DNA of 64,000 bases from Candidatus Binatia bacterium (GCA_036493895.1 DASXOZ010000041.1:22054-86053), one strand, 5' to 3'; shown: positions 45,401-57,481, counted from the first letter of the stretch. Notes: generated by a model from the letters alone, not told the origin. Numbers and translations: made by a program.

Positions 45401-46714
45401 CTAGGCCGCCGCTCCACGGCCGATCGGGTAATACGTGAACCCGCGCCCGTGCATGTCCCGGGGCTCCCACAGGTTGCGACCGTCGAAGATCACCGGAGCC
45501 TTGAGCATGCCGCGGATGCGGTCGAAGTCGGGATGACGGAACTCGTTCCACTCGGTGACGATGCACAGCGCGTCGGCGCCCGGCAGCGCGTCGTAGTTCT
45601 TCGTGCAGTAATTGACCGACTTGCCGAAGAAGCCGCGCGCGACTTCCATCGCCTCCGGATCGTGCACGTTGACGTTGCAGCCGGCGGCCAACAGCTCGCG
45701 CACCAGGCCGATCGACGGCGCCTCGCGCATGTCGTCGGTGCGCGGCTTGAACGCCAGTCCCCAGACCGCGAACGTGCGCCCGGCCAGGTTGCCGTCGTAG
45801 TGCGCGGCGACCTTCTCGAACAGGCGGCGTTTCTGGCGGTTGTTGACGTCGTCGACGGTGCGCAGCAGCGAGAAGTCCATCCCCGCCTCGGTGGCGGTGT
45901 GGATGATCGCGCGTACGTCCTTCGGGAAGCAGGAGCCGCCGTAGCCGAGGCCCGGATAGAGGAAATGCATGCCGAGGCGGCGGTCCGTGCCGATGCCCTG
46001 GCGCACCGATGCAACGTCGGCGCCTACCCTTTCGCACAGGTTGGCGATCTCGTTGATGAAGGAGATCTTGACCGCGAGCAGCGAGTTGGCCGCGTACTTG
46101 GTCATTTCGGCGCTGGCATTGTCCATCACGAGGATCGGAGCGCCGCCGCGCACGAACGGCGCGTACAGGTCCTTCATGATGTCGGCGGCCTTCTGGCTGG
46201 CAGCGCCGATGACGACGCGGTCCGGCTTGAGGAAGTCCTCGATGGCCGCGCCTTCCTTCATGAACTCCGGGTTGGAGACGACGTCGAAGGGATGGGCCGT
46301 GCATTCGGCCAGAATGCTGCGCAGCGCAGCCGCCGTGCCGACGGGCACCGTGCTCTTGGTCACGACGACGCGGTAGCCGTCCATCGCGTTGGCGATGTCG
46401 CGCGCCGCCTGGTGCACGTAGCGCATGTCGGGCGCGCCGTCATGCTCACCTTGCGGAGTTCCGACTGCGATGAAGCAGACCAGCGACTCGGCCACCGCTT
46501 TGCGGACGTCGGTCGTGAACGCGAGGCGTCCCTCCTCGACGTTACGCTGGATCAGCTCCTCGAGCCCAGGCTCGTAAATCGGAACTTCGCCGGCCTTGAG
46601 CCTGGCGATCTTCTTCTCGTCGATGTCGACGCATGCGACGTCGTTGCCGCTCTCGGCGAAGCAAGTACCGGCGACCAGCCCGACGTAGCCGGTGCCGATG
46701 ACACAGATCTTCAC
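45401..46714 (-). CDS. ugd: UDP-glucose 6-dehydrogenase
   Basis: N-terminal GTGYVG Rossmann fold, catalytic Cys region GGSCFPKD and UDP-binding C-domain; GTG start with GAGGAG RBS. Confidence 0.9.
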   Translation of the reverse strand: MKICVIGTGYVGLVAGTCFAESGNDVACVDIDEKKIARLKAGEVPIYEPGLEELIQRNVEEGRLAFTTDVRKAVAESLVCFIAVGTPQGEHDGAPDMRYVHQAARDIANAMDGYRVVVTKSTVPVGTAAALRSILAECTAHPFDVVSNPEFMKEGAAIEDFLKPDRVVIGAASQKAADIMKDLYAPFVRGGAPILVMDNASAEMTKYAANSLLAVKISFINEIANLCERVGADVASVRQGIGTDRRLGMHFLYPGLGYGGSCFPKDVRAIIHTATEAGMDFSLLRTVDDVNNRQKRRLFEKVAAHYDGNLAGRTFAVWGLAFKPRTDDMREAPSIGLVRELLAAGCNVNVHDPEAMEVARGFFGKSVNYCTKNYDALPGADALCIVTEWNEFRHPDFDRIRGMLKAPVIFDGRNLWEPRDMHGRGFTYYPIGRGAAA

Positions 46715-46965
46715 TCAGTCGTCTCCTCAAATCTGCGGCGCGCGCCAACTCTCGCGTGCCAACGGGCGGTAAAAAGCCTGTTCCCGCAAGGCCTTACCCG
46801 CCTAGTTGTGAATGCGAGAAAGTATCCGCATCCCCCTGCCCCGGCAAGTCGCCGCAGCGCTCCTTGGCAGAAATTTGCGCGCTTTTGCCCTGCGGACAGC
46901 CTTCTGCGCATCCCCGGGGCGGCTGCGCGACGGCAAACGGCTGTTCGGCCAGCGTACGCGGTGCG

Positions 46966-47928
46966 TCAGGCGGAGGATCGGCCGTCGCGAGGCGCCAGGT
47001 CCTCGGCCACGGTGTAAATCGGCTTGCCTTGGCTCTCGTGGTAGGTGCGCGCGAGCATTTCGCCGATCAGCCCCATCATCACGAGCTGGACGCCGGTCAC
47101 GACGAGCAGCACGGCGAGCATCAGGATCGGCCGGTTCGCAAGCGGGTAGCCGAGCACGAGCTTCTCGAAACCGAGCATCGCCAGGATCAGCGCGCCGGCG
47201 CCGCCGAGCACGACGCCCCAGACGCCGAAGACGTGGATCGGTCGCGTCGCGTACACCGAAAGGAAACGCACCGTCAGCAGGTCCAGCACGACGCGCACCA
47301 CGCGCGAGATGCCGTACTTGGAGGTGCCTGCCACGCGCGGGCGGTGATTGACCACCACCTCGTCGACGCGGGCACCGAGATCGGCCGCAATGGCCGGGAT
47401 GAAACGGTGCATCTCTCCGTACAGGCGCAGCTCCCGCGCGAGCGGTCCGCGGTACGCCTTCAGCATGCAACCGTAGTCGTGCACGTGGACGCCGGTGATC
47501 GCACGGATCATCCAGTTGGCAGCCATCGACGGCAGCAGCCTGGTCATCCAGTCGTCCTGGCGATCCAGGCGCCAGCCCGATACCAGGTCCCAGCCTTCCT
47601 CGAGCCTCGCGATCAGCCTGGCGATGTCGCGCGGATCGTTCTGGCGATCGGAGTCGAGCGTGACGACGATGTCTCCTGTCGTGCGCTCGAGCCCTGCCGC
47701 GACGGCGGCCGTCTGGCCGAAATTGCGGCGGAAGCGCACCACGCGCACGTGCGCATCGCGCTCGTGGATCTCGCGCAGCACGTCGAAGGAGCGGTCGGAG
47801 GAGCCGTCGTCGACATAGACGATCTCGTAGCTGCGGCCGAGCGCCGCCAGCGCCTGCGTCAGCTCGTCGTGCAGCGGCCGGAGGTTTTCCTCCTCGTTGA
47901 AGACCGGCAGCACGACCGAGACGTCCAC
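46966..47928 (-). CDS. GT2-family polyprenol-phosphate glycosyltransferase (DPM1/ArnC-like)
   Basis: Motifs VVLPVFNEEENL, YVDDGSSD, DxD (TLDSDRQ) and two C-terminal TM helices. Confidence 0.8.
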   Translation of the reverse strand: MDVSVVLPVFNEEENLRPLHDELTQALAALGRSYEIVYVDDGSSDRSFDVLREIHERDAHVRVVRFRRNFGQTAAVAAGLERTTGDIVVTLDSDRQNDPRDIARLIARLEEGWDLVSGWRLDRQDDWMTRLLPSMAANWMIRAITGVHVHDYGCMLKAYRGPLARELRLYGEMHRFIPAIAADLGARVDEVVVNHRPRVAGTSKYGISRVVRVVLDLLTVRFLSVYATRPIHVFGVWGVVLGGAGALILAMLGFEKLVLGYPLANRPILMLAVLLVVTGVQLVMMGLIGEMLARTYHESQGKPIYTVAEDLAPRDGRSSA

Positions 47929-47941
47929 CGAAAAACTCCGC

Positions 47942-48880
47942 TCAGCTCTGGAAGTCGGTGATCGCCATGAACTGGCGGAAACGCTTGTCGATGTCTTCGC
48001 GCGCGAGGCCTTTCAGGCGTCCGAGGCCGAAATCCTCGACGGTAAACGACGCGACGACGGTTCCGTAGACGATCGCGCGCCGGAGCGTGCGGCTGGTGAC
48101 TTCTCCGTCGGCCGCGAGGCTGCCGAACAGGCCGCCGGCGAACGTGTCGCCGGCGCCTGTGGGATCGACGACGTTTTCGAGCGGAAAGGCCGGCACCGCG
48201 AAGATCTCCTTGTCCGAGAACTGCAGGGCGCCGTACTCACCGCGCTTGACGATCAGGTGACGCGGCCCCATCGCGAGGATCTTGCGCGCGGCGCGCACCA
48301 CGTTGTTTTCGCCCGCCAGCAGCATCGCTTCCGAATCGTTGATGCTCAGCAGGTCCACCCGCGCGAGCAGCTCGCGAAGCTCGGCCGGCGCGGCGTGGAT
48401 CCAGTGGTCCATCGTATCGGCGCCGACGTACTCGGGAGCCTCGAGCTGGCCGAGTACGTCCGACTGCAACGAAGGCTGGATGTTGGCCAGGAACACGAAC
48501 TCGCTGCCGCGGTACGACTCGGGCAGCTTGGGCTGGAAGCTCTCGAAGACGTTGAGCTTCAGGTCCAGCGTGTCGCGCACGTTCATGTTCTCGTGGTAGC
48601 GGCCGTGCCAGCGGAACGTCTCGCCGGCGGTCATCTCGAGCCCGTCGAGGTTGATCCCGCACTCGACGAGAAAGCGGCGCTCGGCTTCCGGAAAGTCCCC
48701 GCCGACGACGCCGACGAGGTTGACCGGCGCAAAGAAGCTCGCCGCCACCGAGAAGTAGCTGCAGGCGCCGCCGAGCACCCCTGCCGCACTGCCTCCGGGA
48801 GTCTCGACGTGGTCGATCGCCACCGATCCGACCACGCATACCGATTTTGCCGATGAAGCCTTTTTTGCCGTCTTCGCCAT
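47942..48880 (-). CDS. PfkB-family carbohydrate/nucleoside kinase
   Basis: ATG at 48880 verified; ribokinase-family motifs (GG di-Gly near the N-terminus; DPTGAGDTFAGG); the listed upstream extension is rejected. Confidence 0.75.
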   Translation of the reverse strand: MAKTAKKASSAKSVCVVGSVAIDHVETPGGSAAGVLGGACSYFSVAASFFAPVNLVGVVGGDFPEAERRFLVECGINLDGLEMTAGETFRWHGRYHENMNVRDTLDLKLNVFESFQPKLPESYRGSEFVFLANIQPSLQSDVLGQLEAPEYVGADTMDHWIHAAPAELRELLARVDLLSINDSEAMLLAGENNVVRAARKILAMGPRHLIVKRGEYGALQFSDKEIFAVPAFPLENVVDPTGAGDTFAGGLFGSLAADGEVTSRTLRRAIVYGTVVASFTVEDFGLGRLKGLAREDIDKRFRQFMAITDFQS

Positions 48881-48900
48881 CTGAACTGGTCCCCCTTTGC

Positions 48901-49773
48901 TCACTCGAAAAGCCTGCCGATCAGAAGCTGCAGCCGCTTGCGCGCCTCCGGTGCAATCGCCGACGGCGACGTGATCACTGCGTGGTCGAGGGCGCGCGTG
49001 CACGCGCAGGTCCTCGCCACCGATGCCACTTGCGATGCGATCTGCACCACCGCCCGCCTTGCCAGCCCGGCGTTGGCCTCCAGGACCGCCAGGATGTCGG
49101 TGACGTCTACCGTCTCGCTCTCGCTGCGCCAGCAGTCGTAGTCGGTGGCCAGCGCGATCGTCGCGAAGCAGATCTCGGCCTCGCGCGCGAGCTTGGCCTC
49201 CTGCAGGTTGGTCATGCCGATCACGCTGGCTCCCCAGGAACGGTAGAGCCTGGATTCGGCCCGCGTCGAGAACATCGGCCCTTCCATGCACACGTACGTG
49301 CCGCCTTCGTGCACGACGGCGCCCGCGCCGCGTACGCACTCGGCAACCACCGCGGACAGCGGCGCGCAGAACGGGTCGGCGAAGCCGACGTGCGCGACGC
49401 AGCCGTTGCCGAAGAACGTCGAGATGCGGCCGCGCGTGCGATCGATGAACTGATCGGGGATGACGACGTGCCCCGGCGCGACATCTTCCCGCAGGCTGCC
49501 GACGGCGGAAATCGATACGATGGCCGAGGCCCCGAGCTGCTTGAAGCCGTGGATGTTCGCCCGGTAGTTGAGCTCGCCCGGAGCGATGCGGTGTCCGATG
49601 CCGTGGCGAGGCAGGAAGGCAACCGCCTGGTCGCCGATCCGGCCCGTCACGTAGGGATCCGACGGCCTCCCGAACGGAGTATCGAGCTCGACTTCGCGAA
49701 CGTCAGCCAGGCCGTCGATCCTGTACAGGCCGCTGCCGCCGATCACGCCGAGAACTGCTGCCGATTCCCTCAT
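48901..49773 (-). CDS. mtnP: S-methyl-5'-thioadenosine phosphorylase
   Basis: PNP/MTAP family motifs (VIGGSGLY, GMTNLQEAKLAREAEICFA); start at the internal Met. Confidence 0.8.
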   Translation of the reverse strand: MRESAAVLGVIGGSGLYRIDGLADVREVELDTPFGRPSDPYVTGRIGDQAVAFLPRHGIGHRIAPGELNYRANIHGFKQLGASAIVSISAVGSLREDVAPGHVVIPDQFIDRTRGRISTFFGNGCVAHVGFADPFCAPLSAVVAECVRGAGAVVHEGGTYVCMEGPMFSTRAESRLYRSWGASVIGMTNLQEAKLAREAEICFATIALATDYDCWRSESETVDVTDILAVLEANAGLARRAVVQIASQVASVARTCACTRALDHAVITSPSAIAPEARKRLQLLIGRLFE

Positions 49774-49866
49774 CGTCTGCCTGGGCTGCGAGCCCCTCCC
49801 GCATTCCTGTTCGCCGTCGCGCACGAGCGCCGCAGCCTCGCGCGCGGACGCAGCGCTCCGCCGTGC

Positions 49867-50799
49867 TCAGCCGCGAACGAAGCGCACCGTAGGCCCCGCC
49901 TCGATCGTCAGCACGCGGACGGAAGGAAAAAGCTCTCCATCGACGGTGAACGATTGCGGCTCGGCGAATTCGATACGGAAACGCCGGGCCATGTTGTCAT
50001 ACAAGGTATCGAGCCCTGCGGGAAATCCCCGCCGGAAGCGCGGAAGCCGCCACAGGAGCTGGCCGGGCGTCGCCGGCCCCGCCAGTACGTGGAAACATCC
50101 CTGCTTGCGACCGCTGAGATAGAAAGGCTGCACGCCGAGGCCGATGTGGCGCACCGAGCTGGCCAGCACCAGCGTGTAGTCGTGAAACGGCAGCGGCTCG
50201 CCGTCGCATTCGGCCTCGCCGCCGAGCACCGGCACGATCCTTTCGATGAACGACCCTTTGCCGAGCCACGACAGGCCGCAGCGAAGCAGGATGCCGGCGG
50301 CCGACAGGGGCCCCGGGTTTGCTCCCTCGTAGTATTCCTCGAGGAAATGCGTGATCAGCCCGGCGCCGACGATGCTGCCGTAAATCGAATCGTTGACCCT
50401 CAGCAGCGGCCTCTCGACGCAGCGCAGGTCGCGCCGCGAGCGATACGCCGACATCACCTTGCCGAGGAAAGCCTCGGGCAACACCGGCCCCCCGATCGTA
50501 CGCGACACGTTGTTGATGGTGCCGCCGCGCAGCGCGACAAAGCGCGGCAGGTTCTGCTCGCCCCAGACGCCGACGGCGTGCGAGATGGCGTGGCACAGCG
50601 ACCCGTCTCCGCCGCTGATCGCGACAATGTCGAACCCCCGCGCGCGAAAGCCCTGCAGCGTCGCATCGAGGGCGTCGAGATTGGCCGTTTCGACGACCTC
50701 GCCGTCGCCGCCGACGACGGCCGTCAGGTGCGCGGCAGTGCCCGGCCGTTCGCGGTTTCCCGAGGCCCGCGGATTGACGATCACGCCAATGCCGGCCAA
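49867..50799 (-). CDS. diacylglycerol-kinase catalytic-domain (DAGK_cat/YegS-like) lipid kinase
   Basis: Motifs GVIVNPRASG and ISGGDGS (GGDG), typical of DAGK_cat; start approximate (TTG after GGGGAGG RBS). Confidence 0.6.
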   Translation of the reverse strand: MAGIGVIVNPRASGNRERPGTAAHLTAVVGGDGEVVETANLDALDATLQGFRARGFDIVAISGGDGSLCHAISHAVGVWGEQNLPRFVALRGGTINNVSRTIGGPVLPEAFLGKVMSAYRSRRDLRCVERPLLRVNDSIYGSIVGAGLITHFLEEYYEGANPGPLSAAGILLRCGLSWLGKGSFIERIVPVLGGEAECDGEPLPFHDYTLVLASSVRHIGLGVQPFYLSGRKQGCFHVLAGPATPGQLLWRLPRFRRGFPAGLDTLYDNMARRFRIEFAEPQSFTVDGELFPSVRVLTIEAGPTVRFVRG

Positions 50800-50806
50800 C
50801 TGCGTC

Positions 50807-51916
50807 TCAGCCTCCCCGCTTCTCGCGCGAGCCCGCGCTCGCGGCGAGCTGGCCGCACGCAGCCTGGATGTCACGGCCGCGGCTGGCCCGCACCGTGGTG
50901 TGAATGCCGTGCGCGAGCACCGTTTCCTGGAACGCGAGCACCGTCCGGTCATCCGGCCGCCGAAAGCCGGAGCCCTCCCATTCGTTGAACGGGATCAGGT
51001 TGAGCTTGACCGGAAGACCCGCGAGCAGGCTTGCCACGGCTTCGGCCGCATCGATGCTGTCGTTGATGCCGGCGAGCAGCGTGTACTCGAACGTGATGCG
51101 CTTGCGACGCGGCAGCTCGAGCCGCCGGCAGGCGCCGATGAGCTCGGCCAGCGGATAGCGCCGGTTGACCGGCATCAGCGTGTCGCGCACGTCGTCGATC
51201 GCCGAGCCCAGCGAAATCGCGATGTGCACGTCGGTCTCGCGCACCAGCCGTTCGAGTTGAGGGACGAGCCCGGCGGTCGAGACGGTGATCCGGCGCGGCG
51301 AGATCGCCAGTCCCCACGGCGCCGTCAGGATTTCGATCGAGCGCACCAGCCGGTCATAGTTCGCGAGCGGCTCGCCCATTCCCATGAATACGTAGTTGGT
51401 CAGCGGCTCGGGCCTGGCCACCTCGCGCGCCATCATCACCTGGCCGACGATCTCGAAGGGCTCGAGGTTGCGCAGCAGGCCGAGGCGCGCGGTCGCGCAG
51501 TACGCGCAGTCGAGTGCGCAGCCGACCTGGCTCGAAATGCACAGCGTCGTGCGCTCGTCTCGCGGGATCAGCACGCTTTCGACGACGCGGCCGTCGGCCA
51601 GGCCGACCAGCAGCTTGCGCGTGCCGTCGCTCGACTCATCGAGCAGCGAGCGATCGGGCCGGGTGGTGTCGAAATCTTCTTCGAGCGCCGAGCGCACGAC
51701 CGCGGGAAGATTGTGCATCTCCGCGACGTCGCAGGGCGGCCGGTTGTAGAGCCATCCGGCGACCTGTCCCGCGCGATACGCGGGGAAGCCGCGCCCGGCG
51801 CACCACAGCGAGATCTCGTCGAGAGTCAGCGAGCGGACGTTCTGGCGGCGCGCGCCAGCGCGGGGCCGCGCCGGCGACGGCGCGCCCCCGGGAGCGTCCG
51901 TCGCCGCAGCCGTCAC
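50807..51916 (-). CDS. rlmN: 23S rRNA/tRNA adenine-C2 methyltransferase RlmN (radical SAM)
   Basis: CxxxCxxC CALDCAYCAT and conserved C-terminal Cys; GTG at 51916 with GGAAGGAG RBS verified. Confidence 0.85.
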   Translation of the reverse strand: MTAAATDAPGGAPSPARPRAGARRQNVRSLTLDEISLWCAGRGFPAYRAGQVAGWLYNRPPCDVAEMHNLPAVVRSALEEDFDTTRPDRSLLDESSDGTRKLLVGLADGRVVESVLIPRDERTTLCISSQVGCALDCAYCATARLGLLRNLEPFEIVGQVMMAREVARPEPLTNYVFMGMGEPLANYDRLVRSIEILTAPWGLAISPRRITVSTAGLVPQLERLVRETDVHIAISLGSAIDDVRDTLMPVNRRYPLAELIGACRRLELPRRKRITFEYTLLAGINDSIDAAEAVASLLAGLPVKLNLIPFNEWEGSGFRRPDDRTVLAFQETVLAHGIHTTVRASRGRDIQAACGQLAASAGSREKRGG

Positions 51917-51941
51917 GTCGTTCTCCTTCCGGAAAGCCGCC

Positions 51942-52364
51942 TCAGCGGCTCTGGATCTGGAGGGCGTTGAAGAAATAGCCGATCTCGAACGCGGCCGTTT
52001 CCGGTGCGTCCGAGCCGTGCGCAGCGTTGCGCTCGATGTTGGTGCCGTAGAGCTTGCGCACGGTGCCGGCGTCGGCCTTGGCCGGATCGGTCGCACCGAG
52101 CAGCTCGCGGTGGCGCAGGATCGCATTCGGGCCCTCGAGCACCGAGACGACGACGGGGCCTTCGGTCATGAACGTACAGAGGTCGTTGAAGAACGGCCTC
52201 GCCTTGTGCACGGCGTAGAAGCCTTCTGCCTGGCTGCGCGACAGCTGGATCATCCTCGTCGCGACGAGGTGGAGACCGCCTTTTTCGAAGATGGAAAAGA
52301 TGCCCCCGATCGCGTTCTTCGCGACCGCATCGGGCTTGACGATGGAAAGGGTCCGTTCGGCCAT
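51942..52364 (-). CDS. ndk: nucleoside diphosphate kinase
   Basis: 140 aa with [11 protein letters not shown] active-site His region; ATG at 52364 verified. Confidence 0.9.
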   Translation of the reverse strand: MAERTLSIVKPDAVAKNAIGGIFSIFEKGGLHLVATRMIQLSRSQAEGFYAVHKARPFFNDLCTFMTEGPVVVSVLEGPNAILRHRELLGATDPAKADAGTVRKLYGTNIERNAAHGSDAPETAAFEIGYFFNALQIQSR

Positions 52365-52396
52365 GTTCTTCTCTGTATCCTTTTCGCTGTTCGCAT

Positions 52397-53266
52397 TCAG
52401 CCGCGCATGACCGCGACGAGGGTTTCGCCGAGCTCGGCGGGACTGGGAGCCACTCGAATGCCGGCTGCCTGCAGCGCTTCGATCTTCTCGGCGGCCGTTC
52501 CCTTGCCGCCCGATACGATCGCACCGGCATGCCCCATCCGCTTGCCGGGAGGCGCAGTCTGCCCGGCGATGAATCCGGCGACCGGCTTCTTCATGTTCTC
52601 CTTGATCCAGGCGGCGGCATCGATCTCCGCCGCGCCGCCGATCTCGCCGAGCATGAACACCGCGTCGGTGTCCGGGTCGTTGTTGAAGAGCCCCAGCGCG
52701 TCGATGAACCCGGTGCCGATGATGGGATCGCCGCCGATGCCGATGCAGGTCGACTGCCCGATGCCGCGCAGCGTGAGCTGGTGCACGCACTCGTAGGTGA
52801 GAGTGCCGCTCTTGCTGATGACGCCCACGCGACCCGGCTTGTGGATGTAGCCCGGCATGATGCCGACCTTGGCTTCACCCGGCGTGATGATGCCCGGGCA
52901 GTTCGGACCGATCAGGCGCGCCTTGCCGCCTTCGAGGCCACGCTTGACGCGGACCATGTCGGCGACCGGAATTCCCTCGGTAATGCAGACGATCAGCGCG
53001 ATGCCCGAATCGGCGGCCTCGAGGATCGCGTCGGCAGCTCCGGCCGGCGGCACGTAGATGACGGACACGTCGCAGCCCTGCTGTGCAACCGCGTCGGCCA
53101 CCGTGTCGTAGATCGGGACGCCTTCCCACGAGGTGCCCGACTTTCCGGGCTTGACGGCTGCGACCATCTTGGTGCCGTAGTCGCGGCAGCCGAGCAGGTG
53201 GAACTGGCCGGTCTTGCCCAGGCCCTGGGTGACGACGCGGCTTTTCGAAGACAGTAGAATCGACAC
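52397..53266 (-). CDS. sucD: succinate--CoA ligase subunit alpha
   Basis: CoA-binding N-domain and phospho-His loop (GHAGAIV); GTG at 53266 with GGGAG RBS. Confidence 0.9.
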   Translation of the reverse strand: MSILLSSKSRVVTQGLGKTGQFHLLGCRDYGTKMVAAVKPGKSGTSWEGVPIYDTVADAVAQQGCDVSVIYVPPAGAADAILEAADSGIALIVCITEGIPVADMVRVKRGLEGGKARLIGPNCPGIITPGEAKVGIMPGYIHKPGRVGVISKSGTLTYECVHQLTLRGIGQSTCIGIGGDPIIGTGFIDALGLFNNDPDTDAVFMLGEIGGAAEIDAAAWIKENMKKPVAGFIAGQTAPPGKRMGHAGAIVSGGKGTAAEKIEALQAAGIRVAPSPAELGETLVAVMRG

Positions 53267-53285
53267 TTCGCGTGCTCCCGCCGCC

Positions 53286-54539
53286 TCAGTGAGCTTTGCC
53301 GGCGGCTTCGACGGCCTTCTTCGCGCCGTCGGCCATGTCGGCGGCCGTGATGATGCCGAGCCCGGAGGCACCGATGATGCGCTTGCCTTCGTCGACGTTG
53401 GTTCCTTCCATGCGCACGACGAGCGGAACCTTGACGCCGACCTGCCTGGACGCCTCCACCACTCCCTGCGCCAGCACGTCGCACTTCATGATGCCGCCGA
53501 AAATGTTGATGAAAACGGCCTTCACGTTGGCGTCCGACAGGATGATCTTGAATGCCTCGGCGACCTTCTGCGTGGTGGCGCCGCCGCCGACGTCGCAGAA
53601 ATTGGCCGGCTCGCCGCCGTGGTGATGGATGATGTCCATCGTCGCCATCGCAAGACCCGCGCCATTGACCATGCAACCGATGTTGCCGCTGAGCGCGATG
53701 TACGAAAGGTCGAACTTCGCGGCCGCCCTCTCCTTCGGGTCTTCTTCGTTTTCGTCGCGCAGCTCGCGGACGTCGTCGTGGCGGTACAGCGCGTTGTCGT
53801 CGATCGAGACTTTCGCGTCCAGCGCGAGCGGACTTCCGTCGCCGGTCTGCACCAGGGGATTGATCTCGACCAGAGACGCATCGACTCCGACGTACGCGTT
53901 GTAGATGGCGTGGAAGAACGCGACCCACTCGTCGAGCTTCGCGGCCGGCACGGCGAGCTGGAACGCGAGGCGACGCGCCTGGTGGTCCTGCAGCCCGAGA
54001 GCCGGATCGACGGTGACGCGAAAGATCTTCTCCGGAGTCGTCGCGGCGACGTGCTCGATGTCCATGCCGCCGGCCTGGCTGGCCATCAGGATCACGCGCC
54101 CGACGGCGCGGTCCAGAAGCACCGACAGGTACAGCTCGCGGCCGATATCGCAGCCTTCCTCGACGAGCACGCGGCGCACCTGGCGCCCGGAAGCGCCGGT
54201 CTGGCGCGTGACGAGGATCTTGCCGAGAATCGCGCGCGCGGCGGCGGTCGCATCGGCGGCCGACTTGACGACGCGCACCCCGCCCTTGCGGTCGTGCTTC
54301 GGAAGTCCTTCCTTGGCGAGGTTCTTCGCGAAGATCGCAGCCGCATCCGCTTCGCTGTCGACGACGGCGCCGGCACCGCGGCCGCCGGCGTGGATCTGCG
54401 CCTTGACGACGACGACGGCGCTGCCGAGCTTTGCGGCGATCTCGCCGGCCTTCTCGGGAGTCTCGGCGACTTCGCCGCGAGGGACGCGCACGCCGTAACG
54501 CGCGATCAGCGCTTTTGCCTGGAACTCGTGAAGATTCAT
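53286..54539 (-). CDS. sucC: succinate--CoA ligase subunit beta
   Basis: [20 protein letters not shown]-grasp N-terminus, full length. Confidence 0.9.
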   Translation of the reverse strand: MNLHEFQAKALIARYGVRVPRGEVAETPEKAGEIAAKLGSAVVVVKAQIHAGGRGAGAVVDSEADAAAIFAKNLAKEGLPKHDRKGGVRVVKSAADATAAARAILGKILVTRQTGASGRQVRRVLVEEGCDIGRELYLSVLLDRAVGRVILMASQAGGMDIEHVAATTPEKIFRVTVDPALGLQDHQARRLAFQLAVPAAKLDEWVAFFHAIYNAYVGVDASLVEINPLVQTGDGSPLALDAKVSIDDNALYRHDDVRELRDENEEDPKERAAAKFDLSYIALSGNIGCMVNGAGLAMATMDIIHHHGGEPANFCDVGGGATTQKVAEAFKIILSDANVKAVFINIFGGIMKCDVLAQGVVEASRQVGVKVPLVVRMEGTNVDEGKRIIGASGLGIITAADMADGAKKAVEAAGKAH

Positions 54540-54587
54540 CGGCGGCCTGCTCTCCTGCTCTTCGCTTGCTTCAAACGGCGCCGGCGT

Positions 54588-55622
<1,035 letters not shown>

Positions 55623-55698
55623 TCACTCACGCGCCGCCGCCTTGCATCTGGACCCTTCTGATCGGCCGCCGCGATAGAGCGCGTAAATTCGCGGCGTC

Positions 55699-56952
55699 TT
55701 ATAAATTCTCGATCATCGCGCTGGCGAAGCCGGAGCACGAGACTTCGCGGGCGCCTTCCATCTGCCGGGCCAGGTCGTAGGTGACGATCTTCGCGGAGAT
55801 CGTCTTTTCGACGGACTCCTCGATGCTGCGTGCGACCTCGCTCCAGCCGAGATGTTCGAACATCAGCACTCCCGACAGGATGACCGAGCCGGGATTGATC
55901 TTGTCGAGACCGGCGTACTTCGGAGCCGTGCCGTGCGTCGCCTCGAAAACTGCAGTCTCGTCCCCGATGTTCGCACCCGGAGCCAGCCCGAGGCCGCCGA
56001 CCTGCGCTGCCGCCGCGTCCGACAGGTAGTCGCCGTTCAGGTTCATCGTCGCGACGACGTCGTATTCGTCCGGGCGCAGCAGGATCTGCTGGAACATCGC
56101 GTCGGCGATCCTGTCCTTGACGAGGATCTTGCCGGCCGGCGTCTTGCCGCCGTGCTTGTCGTAGACGTCGGCCTCGGTGATCGTCTCCGCCGCGAACTCC
56201 TTCGCTGCGAGCTCGTAGCCCCAGTCGCGGAAGGCGCCCTCGGTGAACTTCATGATGTTGCCCTTGTGCACGATCGTGACGGTCGGGCGCTTGTTCGCGA
56301 TCGCGTACTGGATCGCACGGCGCACCAGGCGCTGGCTGCCTTCCTTCGACGTCGGCTTGATGCCGATGGCCGATCCGGGGCGGATCGGCTTGTTCGCCCT
56401 GGCAGAGACGAAACGCGCGACTTCGTCGGCCTCGGCGGTTCCGGCCTGGAACTCGATCCCCGAGTAGACGTCCTCGGTGTTCTCCCGGAACAGCACGATA
56501 TTGAGCCTCTCCGGGTGCTTGACCGGCGACGGCACGCCGGTGAAGTAGCGTACCGGCCTCACGCAGGCGTAAAGATCGTGGATCTGGCGAAGCGCGACGT
56601 TGATCGAGCGGATCCCGCCGCCGACGGGTGTGGTCAGCGGTCCCTTGATCGCGACGCGGAACTGGCGAAGAACCTCGTTGGTCTCCTCGGGCAGCCAGGT
56701 GGCCGGGCCGTAAACGTCGTTGGCCTTTTCGCCGGCGTAGACTTCCATCCACGCGACGCGGCGCTTGCCGCCGTACGCCTTGGCGACCGCGGCGTCGAAG
56801 ACGCGCACCGAGGCCTTCCAGATGTCGGGGCCGGTGCCGTCGCCTTCGATGAACGGGATGATCGGGTTGTCGGGAACTTCCAGGCGGCCGCCTACTCCAA
56901 TGGAGATCGGCTTGCCGTCTGCCGGGACGGTGACGTGCTTATAGCTCGGCAT
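55699..56952 (-). CDS. icd: NADP-dependent isocitrate dehydrogenase (prokaryotic homodimeric type)
   Basis: 417 aa with [23 protein letters not shown] and other ICDH motifs. Confidence 0.9.
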   Translation of the reverse strand: MPSYKHVTVPADGKPISIGVGGRLEVPDNPIIPFIEGDGTGPDIWKASVRVFDAAVAKAYGGKRRVAWMEVYAGEKANDVYGPATWLPEETNEVLRQFRVAIKGPLTTPVGGGIRSINVALRQIHDLYACVRPVRYFTGVPSPVKHPERLNIVLFRENTEDVYSGIEFQAGTAEADEVARFVSARANKPIRPGSAIGIKPTSKEGSQRLVRRAIQYAIANKRPTVTIVHKGNIMKFTEGAFRDWGYELAAKEFAAETITEADVYDKHGGKTPAGKILVKDRIADAMFQQILLRPDEYDVVATMNLNGDYLSDAAAAQVGGLGLAPGANIGDETAVFEATHGTAPKYAGLDKINPGSVILSGVLMFEHLGWSEVARSIEESVEKTISAKIVTYDLARQMEGAREVSCSGFASAMIENL

Positions 56953-57088
56953 TGCTCTCTTTTGAGAAGCGACACGGCCGCGACCTGCGGAAATCCCGCC
57001 GTCCGGCGCTTTGGCGCGTCGCGTCGGCGGACGCTAGCGGGGCCCTGTCGGGGAGTCAAAAACGCGGCGTTCGCTCGGGCTTTTGCCG

Positions 57089-57466
57089 TCAGCCCACCGC
57101 GGTCTGGCGCTGCCACGTCGCCATGTCGAAGTAGTCCCGCCAGGCCTTGATGCGGCCGTCCTCGATCTCGAAGACACCCGCCACCGGCAGCTCGACGTCG
57201 GCGGCTCCGAGCACGAATCGGTCGACCCTCTCCGTGAACACGACGTTTCCCGCGACCGCCAGGTGCAGCATCTCGAATTCGATCTTCTGTGCCGGCGGCA
57301 GGAACAGGTTGAAGACTTCGCGGATCGCCGCCTTACCGGCCACCGGCGGCATCGGGATGTTGTGATAGACGGCGTCGTCGGTGAAGAAGCCGAGAAGCTC
57401 GTCGGCATCGCGGCGTGCCCAGGCAGAGCAGAAGTCGCGGACGATCTGTTCGTTGCTTCGTGCCAT
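57089..57466 (-). CDS. NTF2/SnoaL-like small protein (limonene-epoxide-hydrolase-like fold)
   Basis: 125 aa, IVRDFCSAWARRD...FTDDAVYHN pattern typical of SnoaL-like domains. Confidence 0.55.
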   Translation of the reverse strand: MARSNEQIVRDFCSAWARRDADELLGFFTDDAVYHNIPMPPVAGKAAIREVFNLFLPPAQKIEFEMLHLAVAGNVVFTERVDRFVLGAADVELPVAGVFEIEDGRIKAWRDYFDMATWQRQTAVG

Positions 57467-57481
57467 CGCGTGTTCCTCCGA

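Noticed and set aside
46755-46780. Sigma-54 (-24/-12) promoter upstream of ugd, given the NtrC-family activator at the window edge
   Set aside because: TGGCACG is present, but the downstream GC element is displaced by 2-3 nt from the required GG-N10-GC spacing.
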